In this document: positions 1 through 11,330 of the stretch, in pieces
How positions within the stretch are numbered: position 1 is the first letter of the stretch
Layout: every line of letters starts with the position of its first letter
NCBI RefSeq assembly: GCF_009834535.1
Contig: NC_045696.1
Coordinates: forward strand, 82,524,001-82,588,000
Direction of reading: 5' to 3'
DNA: 64,000 nucleotides
Origin: Camelus ferus
Taxonomy: Eukaryota
Position numbers and translations under genes: made by a program
The notes under the pieces: generated by a model
Database searches by the model: none
Told to the model about the DNA's origin: nothing
The model's input: the letters and a program-made list of their open reading frames with translations, nothing else

Positions 1-850
1 ATTATACTCTGCGGCCATCTATACCACTGCTTGGTCAAAACATGTTTTCACATCTTTCATATAATCCTTCTAGTAATACAAGAACATTTATGCTGCACCT
101 TTTATAAAGAACCACAGTGCTTACACAGGCCCATATATCTATGTAAATACCATAAGTTTGTCTTTAAAACAGCCTTGAAACAACTTGTAAATCCCCAGTA
201 GCATCTCAGAATTCTGAGGGTAGGAACTTTTTTTTCCCCACTAAAACCGGGATCACCTTTCAGGCAGCCCCTGTGAGTTGGGGCAGGCTACTGTTAGAGT
301 GCGGAGGATGCGAGGCAGAGGAGAGGTATGCTGGCCAGGCAGAACAACTAGCCAGTGCCAAGCCTTCTCTTAATGAGGCAGGACGGCTTGAAAAGTGACG
401 CCCTGAATGGCAGTCAGTGCTGTTGTCTTAGAACAAGGAGAGCGCAGGAGGAAGTGTGCCATCCTGTGCCACCGACTCTTGGCAGGAGAAGTTTGGGAGC
501 CCGTGTCCATGACAAGGGAACACATTGGAACCATCTGCAGAGTTGCAGACAAAGACAGGCATTGGGCTTTTGCAACAAGCAGAAGCTGGTGAACCAGCTC
601 AGTAGGGGCTTCCCGGAGGATGTAGAGAGCACAGAGAGGCATGTCCAGCTAGGGCAGGGTTACAGCAATATGGCAACGGCAATGGTGTTTCCCTCCAGAA
701 TTTCAGGAAACTGGTTGCTACCAAGATGTCAGGCAGATTTGATGGACATGATGTGAAGCAGAGCTATCATTTGTTTGTTGGTTTAATTTCCACAAGAATA
801 GGTCTCAATCAACCTCACTTTCTGGGGTTCATGGTCACTAAGTTCTAAAG

Positions 851-1016
851 CCTTGTTCCTCAAAGTGTGGTCCTTAGTCTGACTGCATCAGCATCCCCTG
901 GGAGTGTGTTAGAAATGCAGATTCTTAGGCCTCACCCCAGGCCTACTGAATCTGAATCGGCATTTAAACAAGATCCCCAATGAATTCTAATGCACCATAG
1001 AGTTTGTGGACTACTC
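851..1016 (+). mobile_element. MER5A/MER5A1 hAT-Charlie MITE
   Basis: Matches recalled consensus: ctcaaagtgtggtcc...gcatcagcatcccctgggagtgtgttagaaatgcagattc...cctactgaatc...aacaagatcccca. Confidence 0.85.
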
Positions 1017-1039
1017 CTCTGAAAGATGTAAGGGAGCAT

Positions 1040-1411
1040 ATTTGTTCACTTATTTTTCAATTCATATGATTAGTAAAAAATTTGTTGAGGATGTGTACTG
1101 GAAGGAGATGGTACCCTACATTCAAAAGACTCAACGGTTAATGATGGAGACAGACGTGTAAAAAAGAGGTCTGTGTGAAAGACATTGTGTTCAAAGCAGT
1201 GCGACTTGGAGAGAGGGGAGTGTGTCTAACTCTGCCCGAGGAATTCCTGTAGGCTTCATGGAGGTTAAATTTGAGTGTTGAGTCTATAGGGAGTGCAAAT
1301 ATGTCTGAGAGGAAGGAAAAGAGTCTTTCAGCCAGTAGAGGTATTATGTGAAAGCCTGAAAGAACATGGGTCATGGAGAAAATGATGAGAGATTTCAAGT
1401 TGCTGGAAACC

Positions 1412-1455
<44 letters not shown>

Positions 1456-2660
1456 TATGTGTATTATAGCACCTGAGTGTGAGGCTTGATGAAAATATAG
1501 CAGTGTTTTCTGCTTTATCCCCTGTGTCTAAAATAGTGCTCAATACATATTTTGTGGGATGAATGAGCGAAAAAAAAAAAAACAAGCCAGGAGAGGTAGG
1601 CAAAATCTGATTATGAAGCTAATAAATGTGGACTATATCTTAAAGGCACTGGAGACTTTTAAGCAGAGCAACGACATGACCATATTAAATCTGGGTGGCA
1701 GCAGAGCAAATGATCAGAGTAGGGGGAGATTGGAGGCAGGGGTCCAGGGAGGAGGCCACAGCAGTAATGCAGGAGAAGGATGATGAATGTCTGAACAAAA
1801 GTAGTGGCACTGGGTATGGAGAACAGGTCAAATTACAAGATGCTTAGAAGGCAGAATTGTGACAACTCTCTGATTGCTGTGAGGGTGAGGGAAATGGAGA
1901 GAAAAATCTCAGGGGTGTTTGTTTTCTAGTTTAGGTGACTTGTGAGAGAGGCAACAGCAGAAGGACTGGGGGAAGATGCTGAGTTTGTTTTGGAATGCAC
2001 CATTTTAGGTGCCTGTAGAACATCCAGGAGATAGCCAAGAGGTGGTTGGTAAATTAAGCCTGAAGATATGGCTTTGGGAGTTCTTGGACCTGCAGAGTAC
2101 AGGAAGAGGGAGAGTGTGCATGGGAAAGGCAGTGTGATAAGAATGGAGCCCTGGCATGCAAGTGTTTATGGGACACGCAGAGGAGCATTCAGCCGTGGAA
2201 GCGAAAAGAGCACAGTCAGAGGGAAATAGGAGGGCAACTTTAGAATCTCTGCCTTTTCCACCCTTCTGGCCCTCTGCTTTTTCTTCATAGCACTTGCATA
2301 GCTTAGTTGCCTACTTGTGATTACTGATTTGACTCTCACTGGGCTCAGTGTGAGAAGGGACCCTGTTCTAATCACAAGTTCAGGAGCTGAGTAGCTACTC
2401 ATTACATTTCTGCATAAAGGAAACAGGAGGGAATTGTCCATAGTGTCAAATGTCACAGCAATTTTTAGTAGGAGGAAATCTAAAAAAGGCCCATAAGATC
2501 ATCAGCTTTTGCTGGCGAACTTTGGCACTAACAGTTTTACTGGAGTGGTACTTGAAGACTCCAGACTTTAGTGGGCTGACAATTGAACTGGGGTGGAACT
2601 GGGGCAGACAGTGTAGACTAGTCTTTAAAGAAATCTGGCAGTGAAGGGAGAGGAGGAAAT
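1040..2660 (-). mobile_element. L2 LINE fragments (antisense), interrupted by a (TG)n and by short sense L2 3' ends at ~1500-1565 and ~2270-2420
   Basis: Typical antisense L2 motifs such as ggagacttttaagcagagcaacgacatga, ggaggccacagcagtaatgcaggagaag and gtgcctgtagaacatccaggag. Confidence 0.7.
1414..1454 (+). repeat. (GT)n microsatellite with (GC)n interruption
   Basis: Directly visible. Confidence 0.97.
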
Positions 2661-2851
2661 GAATGGAGGGGAGAAGCTAATTAATGACAGGAGAAGTCAA
2701 CCATTGACCAGAATGTTATTAGAACATAAAATGCCTTTTATGTGCAAGTCACTTGGTGTTTGGCATTGGAGACAAAGCAGTGAACAAGGCAGATATGGTC
2801 TCTAGATATAAAATGTTAACAGCACAATTAGTCAAATAATTATAAGCATGC

Positions 2852-2982
2852 TAAGAGATCTGGTATGTCAGCTGCAGGACAAGTACAAGGTGAGTGCCAG
2901 GTGAGAGTGTGATGGAGAGGGCAGAAACAGTTTGAGAGGTATAGAAGGTGAGCTCTGAAGGTTGGGGGTGGTGGAGAGCATT
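2852..2982 (+). repeat. Copy A of a 131-bp inverted duplication (partner 9859-9989)
   Basis: Reverse complement matches 9859-9989 at 128/131 positions, no indels. Confidence 0.97.
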
Positions 2983-3168
2983 CCCGGCAGACAGAACACT
3001 ATGTGCAAAGCTCTGAAGTCAGAAGCTGCCAAAGGAAGGAGCTGAAGGTGAGGGGGACAGGATCTGACTGGGGAGAGGGGACCAGGTTATGCAGGACCTT
3101 GAAGGTCTTACTGAGGACATGGGTCTCTGTTCTGAGAGCTCTGAGGAAAGTGGTATGATCTGACCTGT

Positions 3169-3322
3169 TTTTTTTTTTTCCTTTGTTTTATTTATTTATT
3201 TTGGCTTTTTTTGGGGGGGGGTAATTAGGTTTATTTATTTTTTAGTGGAGGTACTGGAGATTGAACCCAGGACCTCGTGCATGCTAAGCACACTCTCTAC
3301 CGCTGAGCTCGACCCTCCCCCC
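3169..3322 (-). mobile_element. Camelid tRNA-Ala-derived SINE (Vic-1 type), full length, with 14-bp TSD
   Basis: Minus strand reads GGGGGGAGGGTCGAGCTCAGCGGTAGAG...TTAGCATGCACGAGGTCCTGGGTTCAATCTCCAGTACCTCC (A box, AGC anticodon, B box), then AAATAAACCTAATTAC-C-run and an A-rich tail. TSD atgatctgacctgt at 3155-3168 and 3323-3336. Confidence 0.92.
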
Positions 3323-3804
3323 ATGATCTGACCTGTATTTAAGAGATCATCCTGGCTGCTGTACAGACAATGAATCTGGGGAGGAAACCCACTGGGGGCT
3401 CTTACAGTATCCAGAAGAGAATGTAAATTCTGAAATAATTGTCTAATTTACCAGACTTGTGTTTTCTCCATGGTGTAAATACATTTATAGAATATATTTG
3501 TCAGTGTCAAAGGAATAGCCATAGCTACTCTTTCCTAATTATAAAATATAAGCCCCATATTAATAGGAACTCTATTCTCTTGCTTGGGCCAAAAACTGAA
3601 GAAGGCTGTTTTGGTTGGATAGTGAGAGAAAACAGCATCTGAATTTAAATGCAACCAATTAATTAATTAATCACCACACCCACCAACAGTTAGTTGCTCA
3701 TCTGTTTGATATTGGATATAGAACTTCATCCACACTGAGAGAGAATCCTAGACTTGACAGCTCTGATTTCTTCTATTGTTCTATAGCTGAGTGAGCATGG
3801 GATC

Positions 3805-4020
3805 AGAGAGGGATCATGATTTGCTAAAAGTTGCACAGCCAGTTGATAGCAGAAGTTGTGATTCCAATCCAGATTGTGGTATATTTTAGTTTTTCTGAGG
3901 ATTTCAAAGATATTAAATATTACAACCTGTCACTTATGCAGATTGAGGGTGGAGAATTTATAGTACCTTGCCTTAACTTAGTTGTCAAGCCAGACATGAA
4001 TCCCATGTTTCTCCAACCTA
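3805..4020 (-). mobile_element. MIR fragments
   Basis: Core-like gatttgctaaaagttgcacagccagttgatagcaga and gtcaagccagacatgaatccca. Confidence 0.5.
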
Positions 4021-4303
4021 CTATTTATGAACAAAAAGGCTGGTGTGATGTTAGGGATTATTCATTGAACTAATGTGTCAGAGTGTTGAGAGAATTGGGG
4101 GTTGTCATAAAAATCTACACTTTGAGTCAAATCAGAAGAGATTAAGTCAATAATTAGACAAGGTTGGAATACAGCAGTTAGAATAAATGAGAAACAAATT
4201 TGGCAGTAAGTGATTCATCTGAAGTTTTATTCAGCCGGAGGCAGTTACCACGATGAGTTAGGGACAGAGGAATTACTGAGTCTCAGTGGAGAATTGTCTG
4301 GAA

Positions 4304-4487
4304 TGGTGGTTCCCAGCCCTGGTTGCACAGTGAAATCATCTGGGGTGCCTTTAAACCCATACTGATGCCTAGACCCCACCTTCGACCAATTAAGTTGGAA
4401 TTCCTAGGGATGGGGCTCCAGGTATTATTATTTTAAAACAAAGCTCCCTAGATAATACAAATGTGCAGCCATAGTTGAGAACCTCTG
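4304..4487. mobile_element. MER5B hAT-Charlie MITE (palindromic)
   Basis: tggttcccagccctggttgcaca...aatgtgcagccatagttgagaacctctg, with inverted termini. Confidence 0.85.
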
Positions 4488-5354
4488 GTACACTTGTATA
4501 TGTACAGAGTTTGGGACAATTGTTCCAGAACCACAAAACCGATGGAAGTAGGTCTGTAGCAACCATGTCCTTAAATATTATTATTAGTCCTGTTAGCCAC
4601 GCCTTGGGCATCTTGACACTTGATTTTCCTCTTAATGTGAAAAAAGGCATTTGTGACAGGATTTGAATTTGGTAATTCCTTGTATAGGTTTTTAAAAAAA
4701 TGTTCCACTGAATATATTACATTAATATAGTTAAGGTGCTTATTTTGGGGGCCTGTTTTCTTGTCTTCTATATTAAACCAGGGCTAAAGGGATAAGTCTG
4801 GAAATTGTCCAGACCTGGAATAGACTAGTTCTCATCTGTCAATAATAGCATTTTGACTGGTCGTATGAGGGGAAACCTCACTTAGAAAAACCTCTTTTGT
4901 CAACAAAAACTACTTATGAGATTAGGGAGCCTCAGGTTGCATCTACTTATCTCCTTGAGCCCATCAGTTCGGGTCTGGGTATAATCAGAGGACATGTGTA
5001 CGGAGGGTCATTGTGAGGCAACAGTGTTTGCTTTTGACCTGTTCTAAAATAACCATCTGTAGGTGATGAAATGCAAAGAGAAACTCACTATTAAGGCATC
5101 TCTAACACTAATGCCAAAGTTAGAGGTGCAGGCAGGGTTCCCCAACATTCCTTAGAGGGAAATTTTAACTGCAGGCATATTTTCTGGATGGGCCCTGAAC
5201 TCATACAGTTATCCCAGAAGGTGATCCTTGGGGAAATAATTCTCCTGGTTAGGGTAATGTCTGAGTATTTGTTTTATATCTTTCATACTGACATCTCCAA
5301 AAGAATTTGCCTGAACTGTCCTGTACATCAGAATTGTAAGAGGTCAAAAGTTGG

Positions 5355-5545
5355 AAGATCTAGTGAAGAGAGTGTGAGTTTTGCAGTTACAAATATCTGC
5401 GTTAGACTTGTTTCACTTCTTCTAGTTGTGGGACCTTGGGTGCTAGCTTCAGCTTCTCAGAGCCTTGGTTTTCCCATCTATAAAATGGGATTTTTATACG
5501 ACAACAACAACAATAACAGCTTACTCTTAGAATTGTGAGATTTAA
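5355..5545 (+). mobile_element. MIR
   Basis: Core: gaccttggg...cttctcagagccttggttttcccatctataaaatggga. Confidence 0.8.
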
Positions 5546-6449
5546 AAATAACCTTAGAAATCGCAAAAGTAAGGCATATAGTCATCACTGAAATTTGTAG
5601 CTGCTGCTTCTATCCCTTAATTCACCATCCTCTAGGAAATTTCTAGTTTGGCTGATGTTAAAATTGGAAAGAGCTGAGGGCTTGAAGCATGAGGATGGGC
5701 AAGGATAACATTTCTGAGAGATTGGTTGGGAGTAGCTAATTAAGTACCATGAGCCTAGCTATGGATTTTTCCCTTTGAAGACTGTCCTGGTACCTTTATG
5801 GAAAAAAAAAAATCTGTATACATTTAATCCTTCTGCTACTCCCAGAACTCTAGCTCAACACATTTTTGGAAGAAGTCCTCACTATCTAGCTGGGAGTCAG
5901 GCATGGCTTTGTTGCAGAGTGTAAGGTCCAGCTTCAGAGTCTGCTTGTATTATTCAGGAGTTTTTCTAGATCCTTCTATTCAAAAAAGACAGTGGCAGGG
6001 TCCAAAGAAAGTCTTAGAAGAAGGAGCAAGTTGACATCTCCTCAGGTTATTAGTGGACAAAAGGCCATTAATGATCTTAAAGGCATATCAGAAGAAAAAA
6101 AAAAAAGAGACATTTAACAAAAACAAACAAATAAACAACTCCGAACCAGGTAACTCTTATGCCAGACATGGTACGAATCCTAAAATAAAATTGTTTTGTC
6201 TTTCCCTACTTTTGACCTGGCTTTCACTAGAGAGGGTTGGGGTTTGTCCTGCTGTCAGGAAACTGCAGTCTGGCTTTTCTTAGAAAATTCTAGAAAGAGG
6301 ACCAGAACAGTGCAAAAGCTTTATGCTGGATGAACCCGGACTCCTGTTGTGGTACCAGCAGGTAGGTAGTTCTGAACACATGGGCTATTATTAAGTGGAA
6401 TAACAGTGCATAGCATAAGGCCTGTACATAATGAGCACTGTATTACCAT

Positions 6450-6590
6450 TATATTGGACCTGTACCATGTACTGGGAGGTAGGCTCTATTTGACAGGCAT
6501 TATTTCTTTTAATTCTCACAGCAGTCCCATTGGATACTATTATTATGGGACCCAGAGAGGTTGAGTAACTTGCCCAAGATCACATAGGTA
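6450..6590 (-). mobile_element. MIR
   Basis: ttaattctcacagcagtccc...cccagagaggttgagtaacttgcccaagatcaca. Confidence 0.8.
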
Positions 6591-6602
6591 TAACTGTTCA
6601 AT

Positions 6603-6930
6603 GTTTATTCATTCTCCATTCATTTATTCAGTCAATACCTAATTCAGAGGACCTACTGCACGTCAGGTCTGTTAGGAGCTGGGATAAAGCAATGACCAAA
6701 GCAGACACAGTCACCCCCTCAGTGAGATTATAATCCAGATGGGATGGGCTACAAAGAAAGAAAAATGAGTTTATGTTAGGTGATGATGAATGCTACTGAG
6801 GAAAATAAAATAGGGAAGCGGGGAGGAGATGTCACAGGTATGGGCAGATACCTGTGCTGTTTCATGCAGGGGTAGGGGAAGGCCGTTATGAAGAGTGCTT
6901 TGCTCTGGAATGATGACTTTAGGATGGAGC
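6603..6930 (-). mobile_element. L2 3' end
   Basis: ttcattctccattcatttattcagtcaa...ggagctgggataaagcaatgaccaaagcagacacagtc. Confidence 0.75.
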
Positions 6931-7244
6931 TGAGGCCACAGTGGCACCCAGTTGCTTGAGAACAAGGACTGTGTATCTCTAGCTATGTTCTTTTTCACAT
7001 CTGTTTACCATGGAAATTTTCTATGTACTAAGAATTAAATACAGAACTAGAGTGAAATCTTTCTTGCTAATGGTACCAGAGCAGCCATCAGAATAGACAG
7101 GAATCTTGGGGCCATTTGGAGGAAATGTTTGAATTTGATCAAGGAATGAATGGATACTGAATGCATATTTCATCTGGATACTGGAATGAAAGGTTCACAT
7201 GTACCTTCGCATGTAACACCTGCATAAAGTGTGAGGTGGGGATA

Positions 7245-7902
7245 TGGTTGGGTATCAGTTCCAGTACAGGCAGATTTCCCTCACTCTCACCATCCCGAGG
7301 TAGCAGGCAGTTGAGGGTAGGAAGAAACTTCGCTCTATGAGGTTGGCCAAAGATCCAAGTCCCTTTATTCTGAGGCTCCTCCAACTCTTGGAATGCTGTC
7401 TCTGACTATGTTCACCAGCATCAAGTCCTACTTGAGGGAAGGAGGAAAGAGTAGGGGATGAGATTCCTTCTCTAGGACCAGGTTGAGAGGTTGTCTGCAT
7501 CACTTCCTCACACCTCCCGTTGGCCAGCACTTGGTCACACTGGGAGGTAGCAGATTAAGAGCACAAACTCTGGAATCAGACTGTCAGGATTCACATCCCA
7601 GCTCTGCCACCTGTGCAAGTTTCTTAACCTCTCAGTTTCAGCATCTGTAAATTGCAAATGATGAAACAGCATCTAGCTCACAGGATGAAGACTAAACATG
7701 TTCATTTGTCAAGCACCTAGAACAGTGCCTGGCAAACAGTAAGCACGGTATGTTTTATTTGTTATAGAAATAACTGGCCAAGCCCAGACTGCAGAGAAAA
7801 CTGAGTAATGCAGTTTCAAGCTGGACAGCCAGGTATCCTGTGTTAGATAAAACACAGCGGGGTTTTGTTACTAAAGTGAAGAAGTCAGGGGTGAATACAG
7901 AA
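7245..7902 (-). mobile_element. MLT1 (ERVL-MaLR) solo LTR, J/K/L-like, split by a MIR
   Basis: cccgttggccagcacttggtcaca | tggccaagcccagactgcagagaaaactgagtaatgcagt, then ggttttgttactaaag. Confidence 0.65.
7541..7774 (+). mobile_element. MIR (near full length) nested in MLT1
   Basis: gattaagagcacaaactctggaatcagactg...cccagctctgccac...cttaacctctcagtttcagcatctgtaaa...agaacagtgcctggcaaacagtaagcac. Confidence 0.9.
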
Positions 7903-8034
7903 TAGTATGATTATACAATTTTCATCTAAAATAGGATACTTTTGAGAGTGAAAGGATGCCACTGTTAGTAATTACACTGAGGCAACTGGCATAAACAGGA
8001 GTTGTCCTAGCAAACAGCTATGTCTGGGTGCCTA
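7903..8034 (-). mobile_element. MER94 hAT-Blackjack MITE
   Basis: Collinear with recalled reverse consensus: gatacttttgagagtgaaagg...taattacactgaggcaactggcataaac...gcaaac...ccta. Confidence 0.8.
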
Positions 8035-9858
8035 ATTCTGGGGGTTTAATTTAAATTTAAACAATGGCAATTCAAGAAGCTGAATTCTGTTTTCAGGAAT
8101 GAGTGGAGGAGCAGGTGGAGGGAGCATTAAGTATTTATCCCATTTAAATAACACCTCGAACTACCTGACTTCTTGGAAAGGTATATAGATTAACAACAAC
8201 AACAACAAATCTGGCTAAACGTGGCAACAGAAATGAATATAGACAAGGCATTCTTCCGCTGCGTGGGTGCCTTAGGGGAGGCAAAAAATGGAGAAAGTAC
8301 TCTGGGTGTTATCAGTTTCTGGTAGAAAAATAGTCTTGATTGGTTTGTGATTTGCTTTGGAGAGAAGACCTACATGTCAGTCTTCAACATCAAACATTTC
8401 TCAGGTGTGAGCATCTTTGTTTTTTCATGCCCACCTTTCAAAGTTATCTTCATTATTGGCAAATGGATTCTTAACAGGCTTCAAAAGCTCTACCTTTTGC
8501 CAAGTTATTTTGAAGTGTTCTTAGACTCTGAAGAAAAATTAGCCTTGCTCTGGGACTTTGAGAGAGAGGAGCCTTCACTAAGTAATAAATAACATGTCCA
8601 GGTTGGAAAGGGAGGTGACCACCTACAGCGTGAGTCACAGAGAATTCAAAAACCTCCGCGAGGAACCTACCCAGCCTGCATTTTCGTTTTTTTCTCTGAG
8701 AGAACTAATATGTCATAGCAGATAAGGGGAAACAAGTGAGAAATGAATATGAACTCCAGGTTCCTAACAGTATAAGAAAATGTAAAAAAAAAAAAAAATC
8801 AGCATTGGGTTGATAAGAGGAAAAATCATAGCCAACTGTAAAAATTCATCCTCTACCTTACACGCCCCCACCAAATAAACTGATGCATTTCAGCAAATGG
8901 TAAATAATGCTTAAAATGGCAGAAGCTAGAGTTGGGAAAATAAGAACCAGGTGTTGGGAAGAAGGAAAATCAAAAAGAGCATACATTTTCCATCAACAAT
9001 CTCCACCATAAATCGTAGCAATGCCACCATCACAACCTGGAGCCCGCAGGGAAGAGACTGTTGTAAAAATGATAAATCAGAACCACTACACACCAGGTCT
9101 TGATAAAACAAAGAAAGTTGATTCCAGGGTCTGATGTATATATATGTAATCACAGAGAAACAAAGCTTGATCAGGGAAGGGCCGAATGTGAGGAAATGCA
9201 AAGTTCAGAATCTGATGGCTGCTTAATATTCCAACCGAGCTGAACATCGGATAATATAGTGGAAATTGATGACTCAGTGGAATCCGGCTGCAGCAAAATA
9301 GAGATATATTACAAATTTCTGCACAAGAACAGAACAATATATATGCCAGTGCCTGTTCATCACGTTTTTATGTATTCCTCATATCTGGAAACAAAAGAGA
9401 ATATACTGTCTCTACCACCTTCATAAAACAGGGTTAACGCATTTTCTGGGGGTTTGTTGTTATACTCATTTCAGGATGCAAAGTCTGCCTCTCCCTTTAA
9501 GAAAAATGTTTTGGCGTAAAAATGAGAGATTGCTGGCGCATTTCTTAAATGATTGCCCTAACTGCACTCTTAAAAGATCCTTAGATTCTGCAAATTTGCA
9601 TGTGTGTGTGAGATATGGGGTAGAGTGACTGAGGTGCTGGCGATGCAGAAATCACACTGAGGGTGGCTGGATGTTTACTTGAACAGCCTCAATCAGACAG
9701 TAATACTGGATCTCATGAGCACTGATCTGGTTGCTCTCAGGGACTTTCAGGGACTATTTATAAGCAGCAAGATTTCTAGGAGTGGAGCTGGGAGATCTTT
9801 GGGTAGGAGTTTCTGAAGGTCTTAATGGAAGCACAGTAATCACAAGGCATTTTAGACA

Positions 9859-9989
9859 AATGCTCTCCACCACCCCCAACCTTCAGAGCTCACCTTCCAT
9901 ACCTCTCAAACTGTTTCTGCCCTCTCCATCACACTCTCACCTGGCACTCACCTTGTACTTGTCCTGCAGTTCACATACCAGATCTCTTA
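9859..9989 (-). repeat. Copy B of the 131-bp inverted duplication (partner 2852-2982)
   Basis: Reverse complement of 2852-2982 with 3 substitutions; flanks are unrelated to the donor flanks. Confidence 0.97.
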
Positions 9990-10201
9990 ACTCAGAGTCT
10001 TCAGATCCTAATGAGTCCATGACACTGAGTCCATCAAGGGGTCAGGATCACAGTCGTTTTTGGCCTTCTGTTTTCCTACCTGGCTTTGCTTGTGAGTTAG
10101 TGATTGACACCCAGGAGCTTGGCATGACCTTTCTAGGGTAAAGATGTTTATCCAGTGACCTCTACCGCCATGCCTACATGACACCTTGTCTGGCTTGAGA
10201 G

Positions 10202-10390
10202 CAGTGGTTCTCCAAGTGTGATCCCTGGACCTGGCAGCATCAGCATCAGCCTCACCTGGGGGAACTTGTTAGAAAGGCAGATTCTCAGGTTCCACCCCAG
10301 ATCTCCCGAATTTAAAAACTCGGAGGATGGGACAACTCAGCAGGCTGTGTTTTAACATGCTGTAGTGCACATTCGAGTTTAGAACACCAG
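10202..10390 (+). mobile_element. MER5A
   Basis: cagtggttctccaagtgtgatccctggacc...gaacttgttagaaaggcagattctc...ctgtgttttaaca. Confidence 0.9.
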
Positions 10391-10404
10391 TCTAGGTGAA
10401 GCGG

Positions 10405-10630
10405 GCTAACGATTGTTAAGGGCCTCTGTGAGTACTGAGCTAATCTTGTGGTATTGTCGTACCATCACACTTGAGTTTAGAGGTGATCATCCCCATTTTA
10501 AGGGTGAAAAAAAATGTAACTCAGAATTTCAGGAACTTGCTCAAGATCATGCAACCAGCTGAGTGGCCAAGTCAGAACTGTGAACCCAGATCCTTCTGAT
10601 CGAAAACTGATTCTTTCTGCTCTACCATGA
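10405..10630 (-). mobile_element. MIR
   Basis: atccccattttaagggtgaaa...aacttgctcaagatcatgca...gaacccagatc. Confidence 0.8.
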
Positions 10631-10788
10631 TGAGAGCTGTGGCTGCAGATCTGCTCCCACCTGGTACCAAAGGAATTCAATCGGTTCTTCAATGTCTTTA
10701 CTTCTCAAAAAGTAGATTAATACAACTGTTTGTTAGGTTGTATGGGCTTTGTTTTCATGTAATTCAAAACTTGTAATCTTTTACCTAG

Positions 10789-10836
10789 AATAGTCATAAC
10801 CATGAGCATTCATTAGCTCTCTTGCTGAAGGCCGAA
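10789..10836 (+). other. Candidate 48-nt internal exon
   Basis: atcttttacctag| acceptor and GAA|gtaagt donor; length divisible by 3 with one open frame (NSHNHEHSLALLLKAE); peptide not recognised. Confidence 0.2.
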
Positions 10837-10859
10837 GTAAGTAGAATGTGAGACGTGAC

Positions 10860-11070
10860 AGACATAGAATAATGGAGAGCATGTGTACCAGGAGTCAGGA
10901 GGCCTGGGTTCAAGTCTTGGTAGTTTAGTGGCCATATGGGTAAGTCACCTAATTTCTCTGAAGCTCAATATTTTCCCATCTTTAAAATGGAAGGTGTCAT
11001 GTAGACATGGCTCATGAGGTTAGGGGGAGGATAAAATGAAAGAAGGTAGAGGAAAATGTCTTGGAACTCC
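10860..11070 (+). mobile_element. MIR
   Basis: ggagtcaggaggcctgggttcaagtc...gggtaagtcacctaatttctctga...cccatctttaaaatgg. Confidence 0.85.
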
Positions 11071-11189
11071 AGAGTGTCCTTTAAATTTTGAGTCACACTA
11101 CTGGTTCCATGAAGCATAGGTAGCAGGTCTCACCTTTGTTCTCCATATCAATTTGTTTCTGCCCCTTTTATAACACATCATCTTGCAGT

Positions 11190-11330
11190 GTATTTAAAAT
11201 ACATCTCTATCTTACTCTCTACTGTGAGTTTTTTTGGGAGCAGGGACTGTGCCCTATTTATTCTTATTCTTCTCCCCAGTGCCCAGCACAGTGCCTGACA
11301 TCAAGCCTTCCCCACCAAATGTTTGCACAT
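11190..11330 (+). mobile_element. L2 3' end
   Basis: actgtgagtt...gagcagggactgtg...ccccagtgcccagcacagtgcctgaca. Confidence 0.8.

Larger units (their letters stand above)
2700..3420 (-). mobile_element. L2 LINE 3' fragment (antisense); hosts the SINE at 3169-3322 and the donor copy of the inverted duplication
   Basis: gagacaaagcagtgaacaaggcaga, gagcattcccggcagacagaacactatgtgcaaag and aagagatcatcctggctgctg are L2 motifs in consensus order. Confidence 0.7.

Noticed and set aside
355..756. 133-aa ORF and overlapping ORFs in a GC-richer stretch
   Set aside because: No recognisable protein similarity, non-ATG start and no convincing splice structure; consistent with chance
3247..3322. tRNA-Ala gene
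   Set aside because: Has a SINE tail, poly(A) and TSD; it is a tRNA-derived SINE
2983..9858. Interval between the inverted copies as a fixed inversion with staggered-break duplications
   Set aside because: The L2 containing copy A continues in register on both sides, so there is no breakpoint there
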